From an uncultured Cetobacterium sp. (lineage in GTDB: Bacteria > Fusobacteriota > Fusobacteriia > Fusobacteriales > Fusobacteriaceae): DNA of 64,000 nucleotides. This document shows positions 37,308 through 48,210 of this stretch, one piece after another (within the stretch, counting starts at the first letter, position 1; every line of letters begins with the position of its first letter). The notes beneath the pieces are model-generated. The model did not search any database. It saw only the letters and a list, made by a program, of their open reading frames with translations, and was not told where the DNA came from. A program made the translations under genes and the position numbers. The stretch is from contig NZ_CAMFHX010000005.1 of assembly GCF_945952365.1 (NCBI RefSeq), positions 6,832 to 70,831 on the forward strand, in the 5' to 3' direction.

Positions 37308-38096
37308 CTACTTAATCTCTCTTCGAACCAACTCTTGAACAGCATACGAAGCTACATCATCAGCATAAGTTCCAGTTCCAAACCCAGCATCATATCCTAA
37401 CTCTTTTGCAAGCTCATGTGTTATTCTAGCTCCACCACATATAACTAGCATCTTCTCTCTAAGCCCCTCAGCTTCTATCATCTCAATAAGCTCAACTAAG
37501 TTTTTTATATGAACATCTTTTTGAGTTACAGTTTGTGAAACTAAAAGTACATCCGCTTTTATCTCAATAGCTTTTGCTATAAAATCTTCATTCAAAACTT
37601 GACTTCCCATATTTAAAGCTTCTATCATCTCATATCTTTCTAAACCGTAATGCCCTGCATACCCTTTCATATTCATAACTGCATCTATTCCAACAGTATG
37701 AGCATCCGTTCCTGTACTTGCCCCTAAAACTACAATTTTTCTACCTATATTCTCTTTTACAAATTTATCAGTTGCTTCCATCGACCAAGTTGTGGCTTCA
37801 ACTTTTGGAACATATATAGATTCATAATCTACAGTATGTGTACAACTTCCATAGCAGTTGAAAAATGTAAACCCCTCTGTCAGCTCTTTAAAATATGAAA
37901 CTTGTGGATTTAAAAAACCCATCTTTTTCATCAACTGCTTTGCTGCCTCAACTCCTTCGGCTCCTGCTGGAACTGGTAAGGTAAACGAAAGGTGAGTTTT
38001 ACCATCATTCATTGTATCTCCATATGGTTTTACAGCTTTTAAATCCAGTGTTGTATCAAATCCTTTCTCTTCCATTGAATATAATCCACCGCTCAT
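37308..38096 (-). CDS. kamE: D-lysine 5,6-aminomutase beta subunit (B12-binding)
   Basis: 262 aa with a C-terminal B12-binding Rossmann region (GASTGTDAHTVG = DxHxxG motif). Directly downstream of kamD. Confidence 0.8.
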   Translation of the reverse strand: MSGGLYSMEEKGFDTTLDLKAVKPYGDTMNDGKTHLSFTLPVPAGAEGVEAAKQLMKKMGFLNPQVSYFKELTEGFTFFNCYGSCTHTVDYESIYVPKVEATTWSMEATDKFVKENIGRKIVVLGASTGTDAHTVGIDAVMNMKGYAGHYGLERYEMIEALNMGSQVLNEDFIAKAIEIKADVLLVSQTVTQKDVHIKNLVELIEMIEAEGLREKMLVICGGARITHELAKELGYDAGFGTGTYADDVASYAVQELVRREIK

Positions 38097-39655
38097 TACT
38101 TCACCTCTCCTAACATTTTTGAAATAAACAGATTCATATAGTTAGCTTTTTTAGCTACAACTCCAGCTAATCCTTTTCCACCTGTTCTGCTTCTTTTTAT
38201 ATCTGCAAACGTTCCCTTCTCTAAAGAGTTAAACAATCCATCGTGAACCATTTTTTCTAAAAGTTGCACTGATTCCTCTAGAACAGATTGAGCTCTTTTT
38301 TGAATTATTCCATCTGTTTTAAACTCTATTTCAGACCCAAAATCTCTCATGTTGTTGAATATATATCTTGCATTTTCTATTGCTAAATATCTATCAGACA
38401 TAAACGGTGTATGTATAGCTTCTGTCATCATTCCTAAAAGTTGTAACCCTTGTCCTGTCATTATTGCAACTTGATTAAATAGTGCATCTTGAATATGACC
38501 TTTAAAAACATTTCCTGTCATAAATTTTGTCGGTGGCATATATTTTAACGGTGCATTTGGGAAAATCTCTCTTGTCATCTGAGCTTGAGATAACTCTAAA
38601 AGGAACCCATTTTCTAATTCAGGATCAATTTCAAAGGCATGTCCAAGTCCCATCTGCTCCTCTGGTAATCCAGCCATAAATGCAAGTTGTTCATTTATTA
38701 AATCTGAAGCTAAAACAGTATGAGCGTTTTCAACTGCATCTGCCGTTGTTAAATAGTTATCCTCTCCTGTATTTATTATAACCCCTGCAAATCCATTTAT
38801 AACTCTCGAGAAGAATTGATCTACAAGTGTTCTTTGCATATTTATATCTCTAAACAAAATTCCATAAAGAGCATCATTTAACATTACATCCAATCTTTCT
38901 AATGCTCCCATAGCTGCTATCTCTGGCATACATAATCCTGAGCAGTAGTTACAAAGTCTTATATATCTTCCAACCTCTTCCCCTACTTCATCCAGAGCTT
39001 TTCTCATAATTCTAAAGTTTTCCTGAGTCGCAAAAGTTCCTCCGAACCCCTCTGTCGTAGCACCATACGGTACATAATCAAGTAAACTTTGTCCTGTTGT
39101 TCTTATAACTGCTATTATATCTGCTCCTTGTCGTGCAGCAGCTTGAGCTTGAATAACATCTTCATATATATTTCCAGTTGCAACTATAACATAAAGGTAA
39201 GGTTTTGGTCCCTCTCCTATTCTATTTAAATACTCATCTCTTTTCTCTCTATTAGATTTTATTCTCTCCACCGAAGAGTTCACAAGTGGCTCAATAGCTT
39301 TCTCCACTTTATCTTTCGAATTCTGATTTAATTTTGTTAAATCTAGTTCTCCAGCACTCACTTTTTCCGCTATCTCTTGCGGAGACAATCCAGTTTCCAA
39401 AATAGCATTTCCTATAAAGTACATAACCCCCTCAGATAAAACCCCTTTATCTTTTAGATGATCTACAACTATATTTGGTAAAGGAACTTCATCTATGTCG
39501 ACTCCATCTATCCCTAGAAGTCTGCATATAGTTCTTTCAACTGCTACTGTTGTATATGAATCCACAAATTTTTGAACATCCATAGCTATATCTTTTGCCA
39601 GCCCTCTAGCTTTCTGAACTTTATTAAAATCTAAACCCAATTTACTTTTAAACAT
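38096..39655 (-). CDS. kamD: D-lysine 5,6-aminomutase alpha subunit
   Basis: 519-aa TIM-barrel-type subunit in the lysine fermentation cluster. Overlapping start/stop with kamE. Confidence 0.8.
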   Translation of the reverse strand: MFKSKLGLDFNKVQKARGLAKDIAMDVQKFVDSYTTVAVERTICRLLGIDGVDIDEVPLPNIVVDHLKDKGVLSEGVMYFIGNAILETGLSPQEIAEKVSAGELDLTKLNQNSKDKVEKAIEPLVNSSVERIKSNREKRDEYLNRIGEGPKPYLYVIVATGNIYEDVIQAQAAARQGADIIAVIRTTGQSLLDYVPYGATTEGFGGTFATQENFRIMRKALDEVGEEVGRYIRLCNYCSGLCMPEIAAMGALERLDVMLNDALYGILFRDINMQRTLVDQFFSRVINGFAGVIINTGEDNYLTTADAVENAHTVLASDLINEQLAFMAGLPEEQMGLGHAFEIDPELENGFLLELSQAQMTREIFPNAPLKYMPPTKFMTGNVFKGHIQDALFNQVAIMTGQGLQLLGMMTEAIHTPFMSDRYLAIENARYIFNNMRDFGSEIEFKTDGIIQKRAQSVLEESVQLLEKMVHDGLFNSLEKGTFADIKRSRTGGKGLAGVVAKKANYMNLFISKMLGEVK

Positions 39656-39667
39656 AAATTTTCCTCC

Positions 39668-41002
39668 CTATAAATACTCATATGCATTTTTTATAATCTC
39701 ATCATCTATCTTAAGAAGTTTAGCTATTGTGAGAGCTTCTTCTGGAACATCCCCATCATCAACCTCCACTAAAGAGTAATCTATATAATCCTCAATATTT
39801 TTATAGTCCACACTTTCTAAAAGTATATCTTTTTTTATTCCTACAACTCTAAGTTTTGTTACATCTTTTCCTATATCATCGTAGTGGGTTGTTATAATCG
39901 CCTCAATGGAATATCTATCCAAAATTTTAACAACAGACTTCAAAAGTGCTCGTCCCTCTTCTGGATTTGTTGTTCTAGCTAACTCATCAATAAGAACTAA
40001 GGGTCTTACACCTTTTTTTATTTTTTTTACTATTCCATCAATCTCTAACATCTCAGCTGCAAAAGATGACAATCCCTCTTCTAAAGATTGTGAATCTCCG
40101 ATAGATAAACAGATATCATCTAGTAGTTGAAGTTCTGCTGACTCTGCTGAAACAAAGAATCCTGTTTGAGCCATCACTTGAATCAATCCCAAAGTTTTCA
40201 ACGTCAAAGTTTTCCCTGACATATTAGCTCCTGTTATAACTGTGACTCTCTTTCCTAAAGATATATCTACCTTTTGATAAACTCTTTCTTTCTCTTCTAA
40301 TGATTTTAAAACTTTCGGATTGAACATCCCTACAATTTTTGTTTTGTTAGCAAAAGTTGGTTTAACCAAATTTAACTTATTAGCAATCTGAGCTTTTGCA
40401 AAAACAAAATCTAGATATCCCAATCTTTTTATTGAACTTTTCAAAACTTGATTATAGTTTAGTAATTTTTTACTGATAAATTTTCTTACATTATCTTCTA
40501 ACTCTATCTCTTTATCATATAAACTTTCATCTTTTGTTTCTTTTATTTTATCTCTTATCTGACTTAACTCAATTGAATATGAGTTATAGATATGAAAACT
40601 TGCTATTCTAATTTTATCTGGGTCCAAAATATCTATAACCTTTTCTAAATTTTGTGGAGCTAAATCTTTATAATTCTCTTTTAACAATTCATACATCTCT
40701 TGGGAAATCATAGAAAAAATTTTAATCTCAAAAAGCTCAACATCATCTAATACATATCCATTTATGAGTCGTTCAAGTATACTACTTATATCTTTTAGAT
40801 TAGACAATTTTCTTTTCATTACAGAATATATCTTCGGATTTTTTTCCAATAGATTTATTACAACTTCTAAATTAAAAAACTCTTTTTCTAAGAAGAGAGA
40901 ATCATTTGTAAATTGAATCTCTTTTACTCTTTTTTTTCCAAGCTTACTGCTGATATCTAAGTTTTCTAAAATATAATCAAAATTTAATTTTTCAAATTTC
41001 AT
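39668..41002 (-). CDS. MutS-related ATPase (domain V only, no mismatch-binding domains), conserved in lysine-fermentation clusters
   Basis: VTVITGANMSGKTLTLKTLG Walker A and MutS-type ABC ATPase motifs (SSFAAEMLEI, LVLIDELARTTNPEEG). 444 aa. Confidence 0.65.
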   Translation of the reverse strand: MKFEKLNFDYILENLDISSKLGKKRVKEIQFTNDSLFLEKEFFNLEVVINLLEKNPKIYSVMKRKLSNLKDISSILERLINGYVLDDVELFEIKIFSMISQEMYELLKENYKDLAPQNLEKVIDILDPDKIRIASFHIYNSYSIELSQIRDKIKETKDESLYDKEIELEDNVRKFISKKLLNYNQVLKSSIKRLGYLDFVFAKAQIANKLNLVKPTFANKTKIVGMFNPKVLKSLEEKERVYQKVDISLGKRVTVITGANMSGKTLTLKTLGLIQVMAQTGFFVSAESAELQLLDDICLSIGDSQSLEEGLSSFAAEMLEIDGIVKKIKKGVRPLVLIDELARTTNPEEGRALLKSVVKILDRYSIEAIITTHYDDIGKDVTKLRVVGIKKDILLESVDYKNIEDYIDYSLVEVDDGDVPEEALTIAKLLKIDDEIIKNAYEYL

Positions 41003-42014
41003 ACCCCTCCTCCCTTAAATTTAAGACCGGAACATCTGTAAACTGTTTAATCTCCTCTACAAGTTCTTTCCAATCTAAAATATAACCTGCTGGAGATACT
41101 GGATTTACAGTGACTGCAACTAACTCTGTATTTAAAAGAACCCTTAACTTTCCACCTCGCCGAATAAATCTATTTAGTACATCCGGTGATAAAAATATTT
41201 TTGTAAAATCTTTAACTAAAATTTCTACATTTTCTATAAAACTTTGTTTTATAAGATTCTCTACAAACCTTTCAGTTAAAACTCCTGTTAAATAAAGAGT
41301 ACATGGTTCTTCAAATATATTCTCCTCTAGTTCTGAAAAATTTAAAATCGATCTTATTGGAAGTTTATTTATAATCTCTCCATTTAAAACTATTTTATAT
41401 ATTCCATCCTCTAATTTTAAAATTGACTCTCTATTTTGCCAATTCACTCTTTCTAATTTCAAAAGATTTATAACATGTTTAGTTTTCTTTACAATCTCTT
41501 TCTGATTTATTGAAACCGAGGCTCCTGTGGACAAAACTATCCCCTCTGTAATAATAGGAGACCCCACACTCATTCGTGATAGGGCCCCATCTACTAAAAC
41601 ACACTCCATACCTTTTCCCAGCATCTCATCTATTATATCTTTTACCCAGTAACTACTCGATGGTCCAGATAGTAAAACTTTTCCCTCTCCTAATGCTCGT
41701 GCAGTTACAACTCTACCTAAAGCTGTGGATTTTTCACTCACATTTAAAATCTCTGCTGCAAATCTTTTTTTACAATAGTGTTTTTCACTTGTAACGAAAA
41801 CCATGCCTTCATATATTGTTATCTCTGGCTTTGATGTATCTGTAACTATATCAATCTTTTCCCCATCTATGCCTATAGATGTAACCCCCGCTAAAATCCC
41901 TTCAGCATTAAATCTTTTTAAGATATAATTCATAGTTTCTGTTTTCCCCACATTTTTTTCCAATCCAATAGTTGCGATACTTCTATATTTTTTTATATCT
42001 TTTATAAAGGGCAT
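40992..42014 (-). CDS. Hypothetical P-loop protein (340 aa), partner of the MutS-like gene
   Basis: Walker A-like IGLEKNVGKTET. Overlaps the MutS-like gene by 11 nt. Confidence 0.45.
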   Translation of the reverse strand: MPFIKDIKKYRSIATIGLEKNVGKTETMNYILKRFNAEGILAGVTSIGIDGEKIDIVTDTSKPEITIYEGMVFVTSEKHYCKKRFAAEILNVSEKSTALGRVVTARALGEGKVLLSGPSSSYWVKDIIDEMLGKGMECVLVDGALSRMSVGSPIITEGIVLSTGASVSINQKEIVKKTKHVINLLKLERVNWQNRESILKLEDGIYKIVLNGEIINKLPIRSILNFSELEENIFEEPCTLYLTGVLTERFVENLIKQSFIENVEILVKDFTKIFLSPDVLNRFIRRGGKLRVLLNTELVAVTVNPVSPAGYILDWKELVEEIKQFTDVPVLNLREEGYEI

Positions 42015-42047
42015 GGTTTTCCTCCTTTTTGTGAGCCTTCTATATTT

Positions 42048-43304
42048 TTAATGAGCGTTTCTTTGCTTTCTATCAAGTTGTCTTGGCTCTAGTGTCTCTT
42101 CACACCCACTCATAAGACCTGCTACTCCAACCTGTTTTTTCTTAGTCTCTCCTTTACAAACTTCACACTCACATGTATTTACATAGTTTGTCGGTTGAGT
42201 ATATGTAGTTATTACCCCTTCAAAGTTTCTTAATATAACTTTATCTGGTGATTGAGAGATTATATAGTTTGGCATAACTGGAGTTTTCCCTCCTCCACCT
42301 GGAGCATCTACAACAAATGTTGGAACAGCATATCCAGATGTATGTCCTCTTAATCCCTCTATTATCTCTATTCCTTTTGAAACTGGAGTTCTAAAGTGCT
42401 CAATTCCCATTGATAAATCACATTGATATATGTAGTATGGTCTAACTCTCATCTTTACTAAGTTATGAACTAACTCTTTCATTACATGAACACAATCATT
42501 CACCCCTTTTAAAAGTACCGATTGATTTCCTAGTGGAACCCCTGCATTTGCTAACATCTCACAAGCTTTTTTAGCTTCAGGTGTAATCTCTTTTGAATGA
42601 TTAAAATGAGTATTTAACCAGATTGGATGATATTTTTTTAACATATTGCAAAGCTCAGGTGTTATTCTTTGTGGCATAACAACAGGAGTTCTTGAACCTA
42701 TTCTAATAATCTCTACATGTGGAATAGCTCGAAGTTTACTTATAATATGCTCTAATTTCTCATCAGATAAAAGTAAGGCATCTCCTCCTGAAAGCAATAC
42801 ATCTCTAACTTGTGGAGTATTTTTGATATACTCAATAGCTTTTTCAATTCTCTCCATAGGAACAGCTTGGTCTGTTTGTCCAGCAAATCTTCTTCTTGTA
42901 CAATGTCTACAATACATTGCACACATATCTGTAACTAGTAGTAAAACTCTATCTGGATATCTATGAGTTAATCCTGGAACTGGTGAATCTCCATCCTCAT
43001 GCAACGGATCTAATTGATCTGCTTCTGATCTATGTAGTTCATTTATTGAAGGCACAGCTTGCATTCTCACTGGGCATTTAGGATCATCTAAATCCATAGT
43101 ACTCAAATAGTATGGCGTTATTCCCATTCTGATAGTTTCTAAAGATTTACTAATTCCCTCTTTCTCCTCTTCAGTTAAAGTCATTAACGCTTCTAACTGC
43201 TCTATATTCTCGATTCTATTTCTAATTTGCCACTTCCAATCATTCCATTGCTCATCTGCTACGTTAAATCTCTCTCTCAAATTTATCATCCTAGACTCCT
43301 TCAA
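42048..43304 (-). CDS. kamA: Lysine 2,3-aminomutase (radical SAM)
   Basis: CAMYCRHCTRRR CxxxCxxC motif plus conserved KamA context (SGGDALL, PYYIYQCDLSMG). Confidence 0.9.
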   Translation of the reverse strand: MKESRMINLRERFNVADEQWNDWKWQIRNRIENIEQLEALMTLTEEEKEGISKSLETIRMGITPYYLSTMDLDDPKCPVRMQAVPSINELHRSEADQLDPLHEDGDSPVPGLTHRYPDRVLLLVTDMCAMYCRHCTRRRFAGQTDQAVPMERIEKAIEYIKNTPQVRDVLLSGGDALLLSDEKLEHIISKLRAIPHVEIIRIGSRTPVVMPQRITPELCNMLKKYHPIWLNTHFNHSKEITPEAKKACEMLANAGVPLGNQSVLLKGVNDCVHVMKELVHNLVKMRVRPYYIYQCDLSMGIEHFRTPVSKGIEIIEGLRGHTSGYAVPTFVVDAPGGGGKTPVMPNYIISQSPDKVILRNFEGVITTYTQPTNYVNTCECEVCKGETKKKQVGVAGLMSGCEETLEPRQLDRKQRNAH

Positions 43305-43338
43305 ATTTTCTATAAATCTTTTTTATTTTTCAACCCCA

Positions 43339-44373
43339 CTAAACGTATAGTTTTTCAAATAACTCTCTTATAGCTTTTGACTCTCTTATAATTTCTAGTG
43401 TCAAATTAGCGTGTCCCTTTGTGTATCCATTTCCAACTATCATAGTCACATCTTTTCCTACACCCTCTGCCCCTAGTGCAGCTTTTGTGAATGATGTCGC
43501 CATCGAGAAGAAATACACCACTCCGTCATCTTTTGTTATAAGAATTGATGACATCTCTGTTCCTGGAACGTTTACATTATTTATAACAACATCACAAAGT
43601 TCCCCATTTGTAATCTCATTTATTTTATTGTATATCTCCACCGGCTTTGTTGCATCCCCTACCAATACAACATGAGCTAATCCTAAATCTCTTATTCTTG
43701 AAGCATTGCTCTCTGAGTATTCAAACACTATAACTTTCCCATCTTTTCCCACATTTTTCATGGCTTGATAACAGCAAAGAATTCCTGATTTTCCTCCTCC
43801 ACCAATTATACAAACTGTGTCTCCCTCTTTAACTAACTTTTCAACTTGAGCAGGTGCTCCAGCTACATCTAAAGCTGCAAGAGCTAGTTTCTCTGGAACA
43901 TCATTTGGTAATACAGCATATATTCCACTTTCGAAAAGAACAGCTTTTGCATCTACATCAACTTGATCATTAGATATATTTACATTTTTTATCTCCTCTA
44001 TTTTTAAAGGTGTCAATGATAATGAAACTAACGTTGCTATTTTATCTCCTACTTTTAAGTTTTTATCTGGGAAATCCTCTCCTATTTTTTCAATCGTTCC
44101 TATCAACATTCCACCAGAACCTGTTACAGGATTTTGCATCTTTCCTCTTTCTGCAACTATATTTTCTATCATCTCCGCCATCTTTTTTTCATCTCTATCA
44201 CAAGCTTCTTTTATCTGTGTAAAACTAGCTGAATCTATATTTAAAGTCTGAACATTTATTAAAACTTCATTAGACATAATATCCATATTGTTACATATTT
44301 TTAAAGCTCCTTGCGGCAGTGATCCAACTGGTTCTATTACTCTATGTGTTCCAAATTTACATCCTTTTTTCAT
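43339..44373 (-). CDS. kdd: L-erythro-3,5-diaminohexanoate dehydrogenase
   Basis: 344-aa dehydrogenase with a Gly-rich dinucleotide motif (VCIIGGGGKSG), sitting between kamA and kce. Confidence 0.75.
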   Translation of the reverse strand: MKKGCKFGTHRVIEPVGSLPQGALKICNNMDIMSNEVLINVQTLNIDSASFTQIKEACDRDEKKMAEMIENIVAERGKMQNPVTGSGGMLIGTIEKIGEDFPDKNLKVGDKIATLVSLSLTPLKIEEIKNVNISNDQVDVDAKAVLFESGIYAVLPNDVPEKLALAALDVAGAPAQVEKLVKEGDTVCIIGGGGKSGILCCYQAMKNVGKDGKVIVFEYSESNASRIRDLGLAHVVLVGDATKPVEIYNKINEITNGELCDVVINNVNVPGTEMSSILITKDDGVVYFFSMATSFTKAALGAEGVGKDVTMIVGNGYTKGHANLTLEIIRESKAIRELFEKLYV

Positions 44374-44382
44374 AATACCCTC

Positions 44383-45201
44383 CTAGTTTAAACCTAATAT
44401 TTTTCTTGCCTCAGTTGGATTTGCTATCTCTCTTCCAAACTCATTCGCAAGTCTTACAACTTTTTGAACTAATTCACCATTACTCTTTGCTAAAACTCCC
44501 TTACTTATATATATATTATCTTCAAACCCAACTCTTACGTGGCCTCCCGAAACTATCGAAGCCGCCGCAAGAGTGAATTCAAATTTTCCAATACCTGCAA
44601 CCGAAAATGTAGACCCACATGGAATACTTTCTTTTAAAAATATAAAATCTCTTAACTCTCCTGAGATTCCACCGTTTACTCCCATTACAAAACTAAAGTG
44701 AATCGGCTCTTTTATAAATCCCTTTTTAGATAATCTAACAGCCATATCTATCATTGATTTATCAAAAACTTCAACCTCTGGCTTAACACCCAAATCTATC
44801 ATCTTTTTTCCAAACTCTTTTATCATATTCTCAGTGTTTACAAAAATCTCATCTCCACCAAAATTCAAAGTTCCGCAATCTAATGTCGCCATCTCAGGTT
44901 TTAGATAAACTGGCTCTAATCTCTCCTCTGAAGTCATCCCCACTGACCCACCTGTAGATGGTTGAATAATTACATCTGGACACTTTTCTCTAATGGCTTT
45001 TATACACTCATCATATCTTTCTTTTCTTTGAGTTGGAGTTCCATCATCCTCTCTTACATGAAGATGGATAACACTCGCCCCCGCTTCATATGCACTATAG
45101 GCTTCTCTAGCTATCTCTTCTACTGTATATGGAACAGCTGGATTATGTTCTTTTGTCACCTCAGCTCCACAAATTGCGGCTGTTATTATTAACTTCTCCA
45201 T
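44383..45201 (-). CDS. kce: 3-keto-5-aminohexanoate cleavage enzyme (BKACE/DUF849). Start is probably the internal Met (MEKLIITAAICG), giving a 4-nt overlap with kal.
   Basis: TIM-barrel BKACE family features. Located between kdd and kal. Confidence 0.8.
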   Translation of the reverse strand: MEKLIITAAICGAEVTKEHNPAVPYTVEEIAREAYSAYEAGASVIHLHVREDDGTPTQRKERYDECIKAIREKCPDVIIQPSTGGSVGMTSEERLEPVYLKPEMATLDCGTLNFGGDEIFVNTENMIKEFGKKMIDLGVKPEVEVFDKSMIDMAVRLSKKGFIKEPIHFSFVMGVNGGISGELRDFIFLKESIPCGSTFSVAGIGKFEFTLAAASIVSGGHVRVGFEDNIYISKGVLAKSNGELVQKVVRLANEFGREIANPTEARKILGLN

Positions 45202-45203
45202 AA

Positions 45204-45590
45204 TTACCCCTTTCTTTGAACAGCTTTTGGAACTACACAAGTACCAACTGCTTTACACACTACAATAGGCTCTTCTAAAAAATCTGCGGCTGAATCACAT
45301 ATATCAGCTCTTGGTATAATTACTTTTCTAGCTTCAAAACACATAACTCTAGAACTATTCCCAACTTTTGTAATCTCTCCAACAACCTCTAAATAATCTC
45401 CAGCATAAACAGGAGCCATAAACTCTACCTCACTATAAGCTTTAAATAAACCCTCATCCCCATCATGTTTTATCAATAGCTCTGTTGCTACATCTCCAAA
45501 CAACTGTAAAATTCTTGCTCCGTCTACTAAATTTCCTCCATAATGAGCGTCTGCTGTACTCATTCTTAGTCTTATCATCGATTTTGTCAT
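45204..45590 (-). CDS. kal: 3-aminobutyryl-CoA ammonia-lyase (hot-dog fold)
   Basis: 128-aa small protein between kce and the membrane transporter, as in characterised lysine fermentation loci. Confidence 0.7.
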   Translation of the reverse strand: MTKSMIRLRMSTADAHYGGNLVDGARILQLFGDVATELLIKHDGDEGLFKAYSEVEFMAPVYAGDYLEVVGEITKVGNSSRVMCFEARKVIIPRADICDSAADFLEEPIVVCKAVGTCVVPKAVQRKG

Positions 45591-45618
45591 AACTCCTATC
45601 TCCTTTACTCTTTTTTTA

Positions 45619-47115
45619 TTATGCTAACTCCTCTGTTTCTACCATCATATCAATCTCTTCATTCTCACCTGCTAAGCTAACTTCTGGTTCTGATGGAAGA
45701 GCAAATCTTGGAATAAGTCTATCTAATCCAGTTAAAGTCAGTATTAAAATACTTCCAACAGCTATATAAGCCATAAAGTTAAACTTTATAATACTCATAG
45801 CTGTGAATGATGCTAATGGATAAACTGCATTTGCAATCCCTAGATAGAATCCTATATATACATGCCATGGAATAAGTTGAGAGCCGAAAACTCCAAGTGC
45901 GTCGCTGAATGTGGCATTTCTTAATCTCAATGTCTCTATAGCTTCAGGGCTTCCTTTAACATTTTTCTCAACAAGCTCTTTTATGATTGGACCTATTGTA
46001 ACTATCTGTGCCATCTCGTCAGCTAGTGCTGCATTTCCTAAAACTGACAAAACACCGTTGTAAAACATAAGCTGTCTAACATTTCCTGATATTCTTTTAA
46101 TCAGAATTGATATCGGTCTAAACGCATCCATGATTTTCATTATTCCACCAAAAGCTGCAACCCACATCATCATTACAATTACCCAAGACCCTGCTCCTTC
46201 AAATCCAGTGTAAATCAGATCTAAAAAAGCTCCTGGACTCTCTACTGTTCCTGCAAACATTCCACATATAAATGAGGCAAATATTCCAAGGAATAAGCAT
46301 AATAAAGTATTTACTCCTTTAAAAGCTGAAATTAATACTAACACTAGAGGAATAACCATATAATAAGGCACTCCACTTTTAACTTGGTTAAGTAGCGCTA
46401 CTGCACTCTCTCTCTTTTCTGCTAGAGCGGCCCATGCTGATTCAGGTATTTGATTTATAGCTTCAACTGGACTTCCAACCTCTGTTGGTAATCCCATAGC
46501 AACACTAACTACGTAGAAAGTTATAACCGCACATACCAATACCATCCCTGACCATACACCTTGATGTCTTATTCTTTTTACAACTTCAACTCTTTGAATC
46601 CCCGAGCTTACAATTGTAGTATCTGATATAAGACCTATGTTGTCTCCGAAACATGCTCCTCCAGCTATTGCTGCTAAAGTTAAATACATATCTCCTCCAA
46701 CTATATGATTCAGCCATAAAAATATTGGTGCACACGCTGCAAATGTTCCCCAGCTTGTCCCTGTAGCTATAGACAAAATTGATGTAACTATTATTCCAAC
46801 CACGGCTACTGTTCTTGCTGTTAATCCAAATCCTAAAGCTATATTAATTATTGACGCTCCAACTCCTGTAGCCATAAAAGCTTCAGCCATTGCATACGCC
46901 ATCATTAGGATGAAAAAGGCTATTTGCATCTCTCTTGCATTTTTTATACATGCGTCGATAATTTCATTTATCTTCTTTTTTCCAACTAATCCTGCTACTA
47001 ACGCTGCATATACTGTTGCTAAAGGTGCTGCTAATAATGCATCATACCCGCTCATCATTAGTCCTGCCAAAACTAAAACTGGACTAAGCTTTATTATTGC
47101 CGTTACCGTTCCCAT
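45619..47115 (-). CDS. NhaC-family Na+/H+ antiporter-like membrane transporter (possible substrate/ion transporter of the lysine operon)
   Basis: 498 aa, highly hydrophobic, about 12 TM. First gene of the minus-strand lysine operon. Confidence 0.6.
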   Translation of the reverse strand: MGTVTAIIKLSPVLVLAGLMMSGYDALLAAPLATVYAALVAGLVGKKKINEIIDACIKNAREMQIAFFILMMAYAMAEAFMATGVGASIINIALGFGLTARTVAVVGIIVTSILSIATGTSWGTFAACAPIFLWLNHIVGGDMYLTLAAIAGGACFGDNIGLISDTTIVSSGIQRVEVVKRIRHQGVWSGMVLVCAVITFYVVSVAMGLPTEVGSPVEAINQIPESAWAALAEKRESAVALLNQVKSGVPYYMVIPLVLVLISAFKGVNTLLCLFLGIFASFICGMFAGTVESPGAFLDLIYTGFEGAGSWVIVMMMWVAAFGGIMKIMDAFRPISILIKRISGNVRQLMFYNGVLSVLGNAALADEMAQIVTIGPIIKELVEKNVKGSPEAIETLRLRNATFSDALGVFGSQLIPWHVYIGFYLGIANAVYPLASFTAMSIIKFNFMAYIAVGSILILTLTGLDRLIPRFALPSEPEVSLAGENEEIDMMVETEELA

Positions 47116-47412
47116 ATCTTCCTCCTAAAATGTTTATTTTCTCATAAAATTTAGAGTAGGATGTAAGTGAGTGCTTACTTTAGTTTTGTCATTAGCTATA
47201 TATACCTCACCTTTTTTCCTAAGTCAATAGCATTTTTTTTAAAAAATATTTTTAAAAGTTTTATTTCAGTGCTAAAACATCTTATTACAGACACTTTTGA
47301 ACCTAAAAAATATTTTTGAAATTAAAAAAAATTTGACAAATTTAATTATTTTGAGGTAATAAGGGACCGTTAAATATTTTTTAATTACAATTTTGAGAAT
47401 AGGGAGGAAAAA

Positions 47413-48192
47413 ATGGTATTTGAAAATATTCTAGTTCAATTTCATGAAAAGATTTGTGTCGTAAAAATAAACAGGCCAGAATCTTTAAACGCTTTAAACG
47501 AAAAAACATATAAGGAGATTTCTGAATGTTTTTTAGAACTTGAAAAAAATAGTGATGTTGATGTTATTCTTTTAACTGGCGAAGGAAGGTCTTTTGTTGC
47601 TGGAGCAGATATATCTTTTATGAAAGATTTAACTACAAAAGCTGCTAAAGAGTTTGGTATTTTAGGAACTAATGCATTTAATGCTGTCGAAAATATCAAT
47701 AAAGTTGTTATTGGAGTAATAAATGGTTTTGCTCTTGGAGGTGGATGTGAACTTGCAATGGCTTGCGATATTCGTTTAGCTTCTGACAAAGCTAAACTTG
47801 GTCAGCCTGAAGTTGCTCTTGGAATTACACCTGGTTCTGGTGGAACTCAAAGACTTCCAAGGCTTGTTGGAGTTGCAAAAGCAAAAGAACTTATCTACAC
47901 AGGATCAATAATTGACGCTTATGAAGCTGAAAAAATAGGCTTGGTAAACAAGGTTATTGAACACGATAAACTTATGGATTCAGCTTTTGAAATGGCAAAA
48001 AAAATAAGTTCTAACGCTAAGTTGGCTGTCCAATACTCAAAAGAAGCTATAAACAAAGGAATTCAAGTGGATGAAGCCACATCTATGTTTATCGAGAGTA
48101 GTTTATTTGGACTTTGCTTCTCAACTGCTGATCAAAAAGAGGGAATGGCTGCATTTCTAGAAAAAAGAAAACCTAATTTTACTAACAAATAG
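47413..48192 (+). CDS. crt: Short-chain enoyl-CoA hydratase (crotonase / 3-hydroxybutyryl-CoA dehydratase)
   Basis: Crotonase fold: LNALN, GEGRSFVAGADI, GGGCELAMACD catalytic region. Confidence 0.85.
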   Translation: MVFENILVQFHEKICVVKINRPESLNALNEKTYKEISECFLELEKNSDVDVILLTGEGRSFVAGADISFMKDLTTKAAKEFGILGTNAFNAVENINKVVIGVINGFALGGGCELAMACDIRLASDKAKLGQPEVALGITPGSGGTQRLPRLVGVAKAKELIYTGSIIDAYEAEKIGLVNKVIEHDKLMDSAFEMAKKISSNAKLAVQYSKEAINKGIQVDEATSMFIESSLFGLCFSTADQKEGMAAFLEKRKPNFTNK

Positions 48193-48210
48193 ATTTATAG
48201 GAGGAGTTTT

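Noticed and set aside
44962-45192. 76-aa plus-strand ORF inside kce, and the overlap of the kce 5' extension with kal (45204-45240)
   Set aside because: The kce start is better placed at the internal Met (MEKLIITAAICG), which gives a standard 4-nt overlap with kal. The plus-strand ORF is antisense with low-complexity translation.
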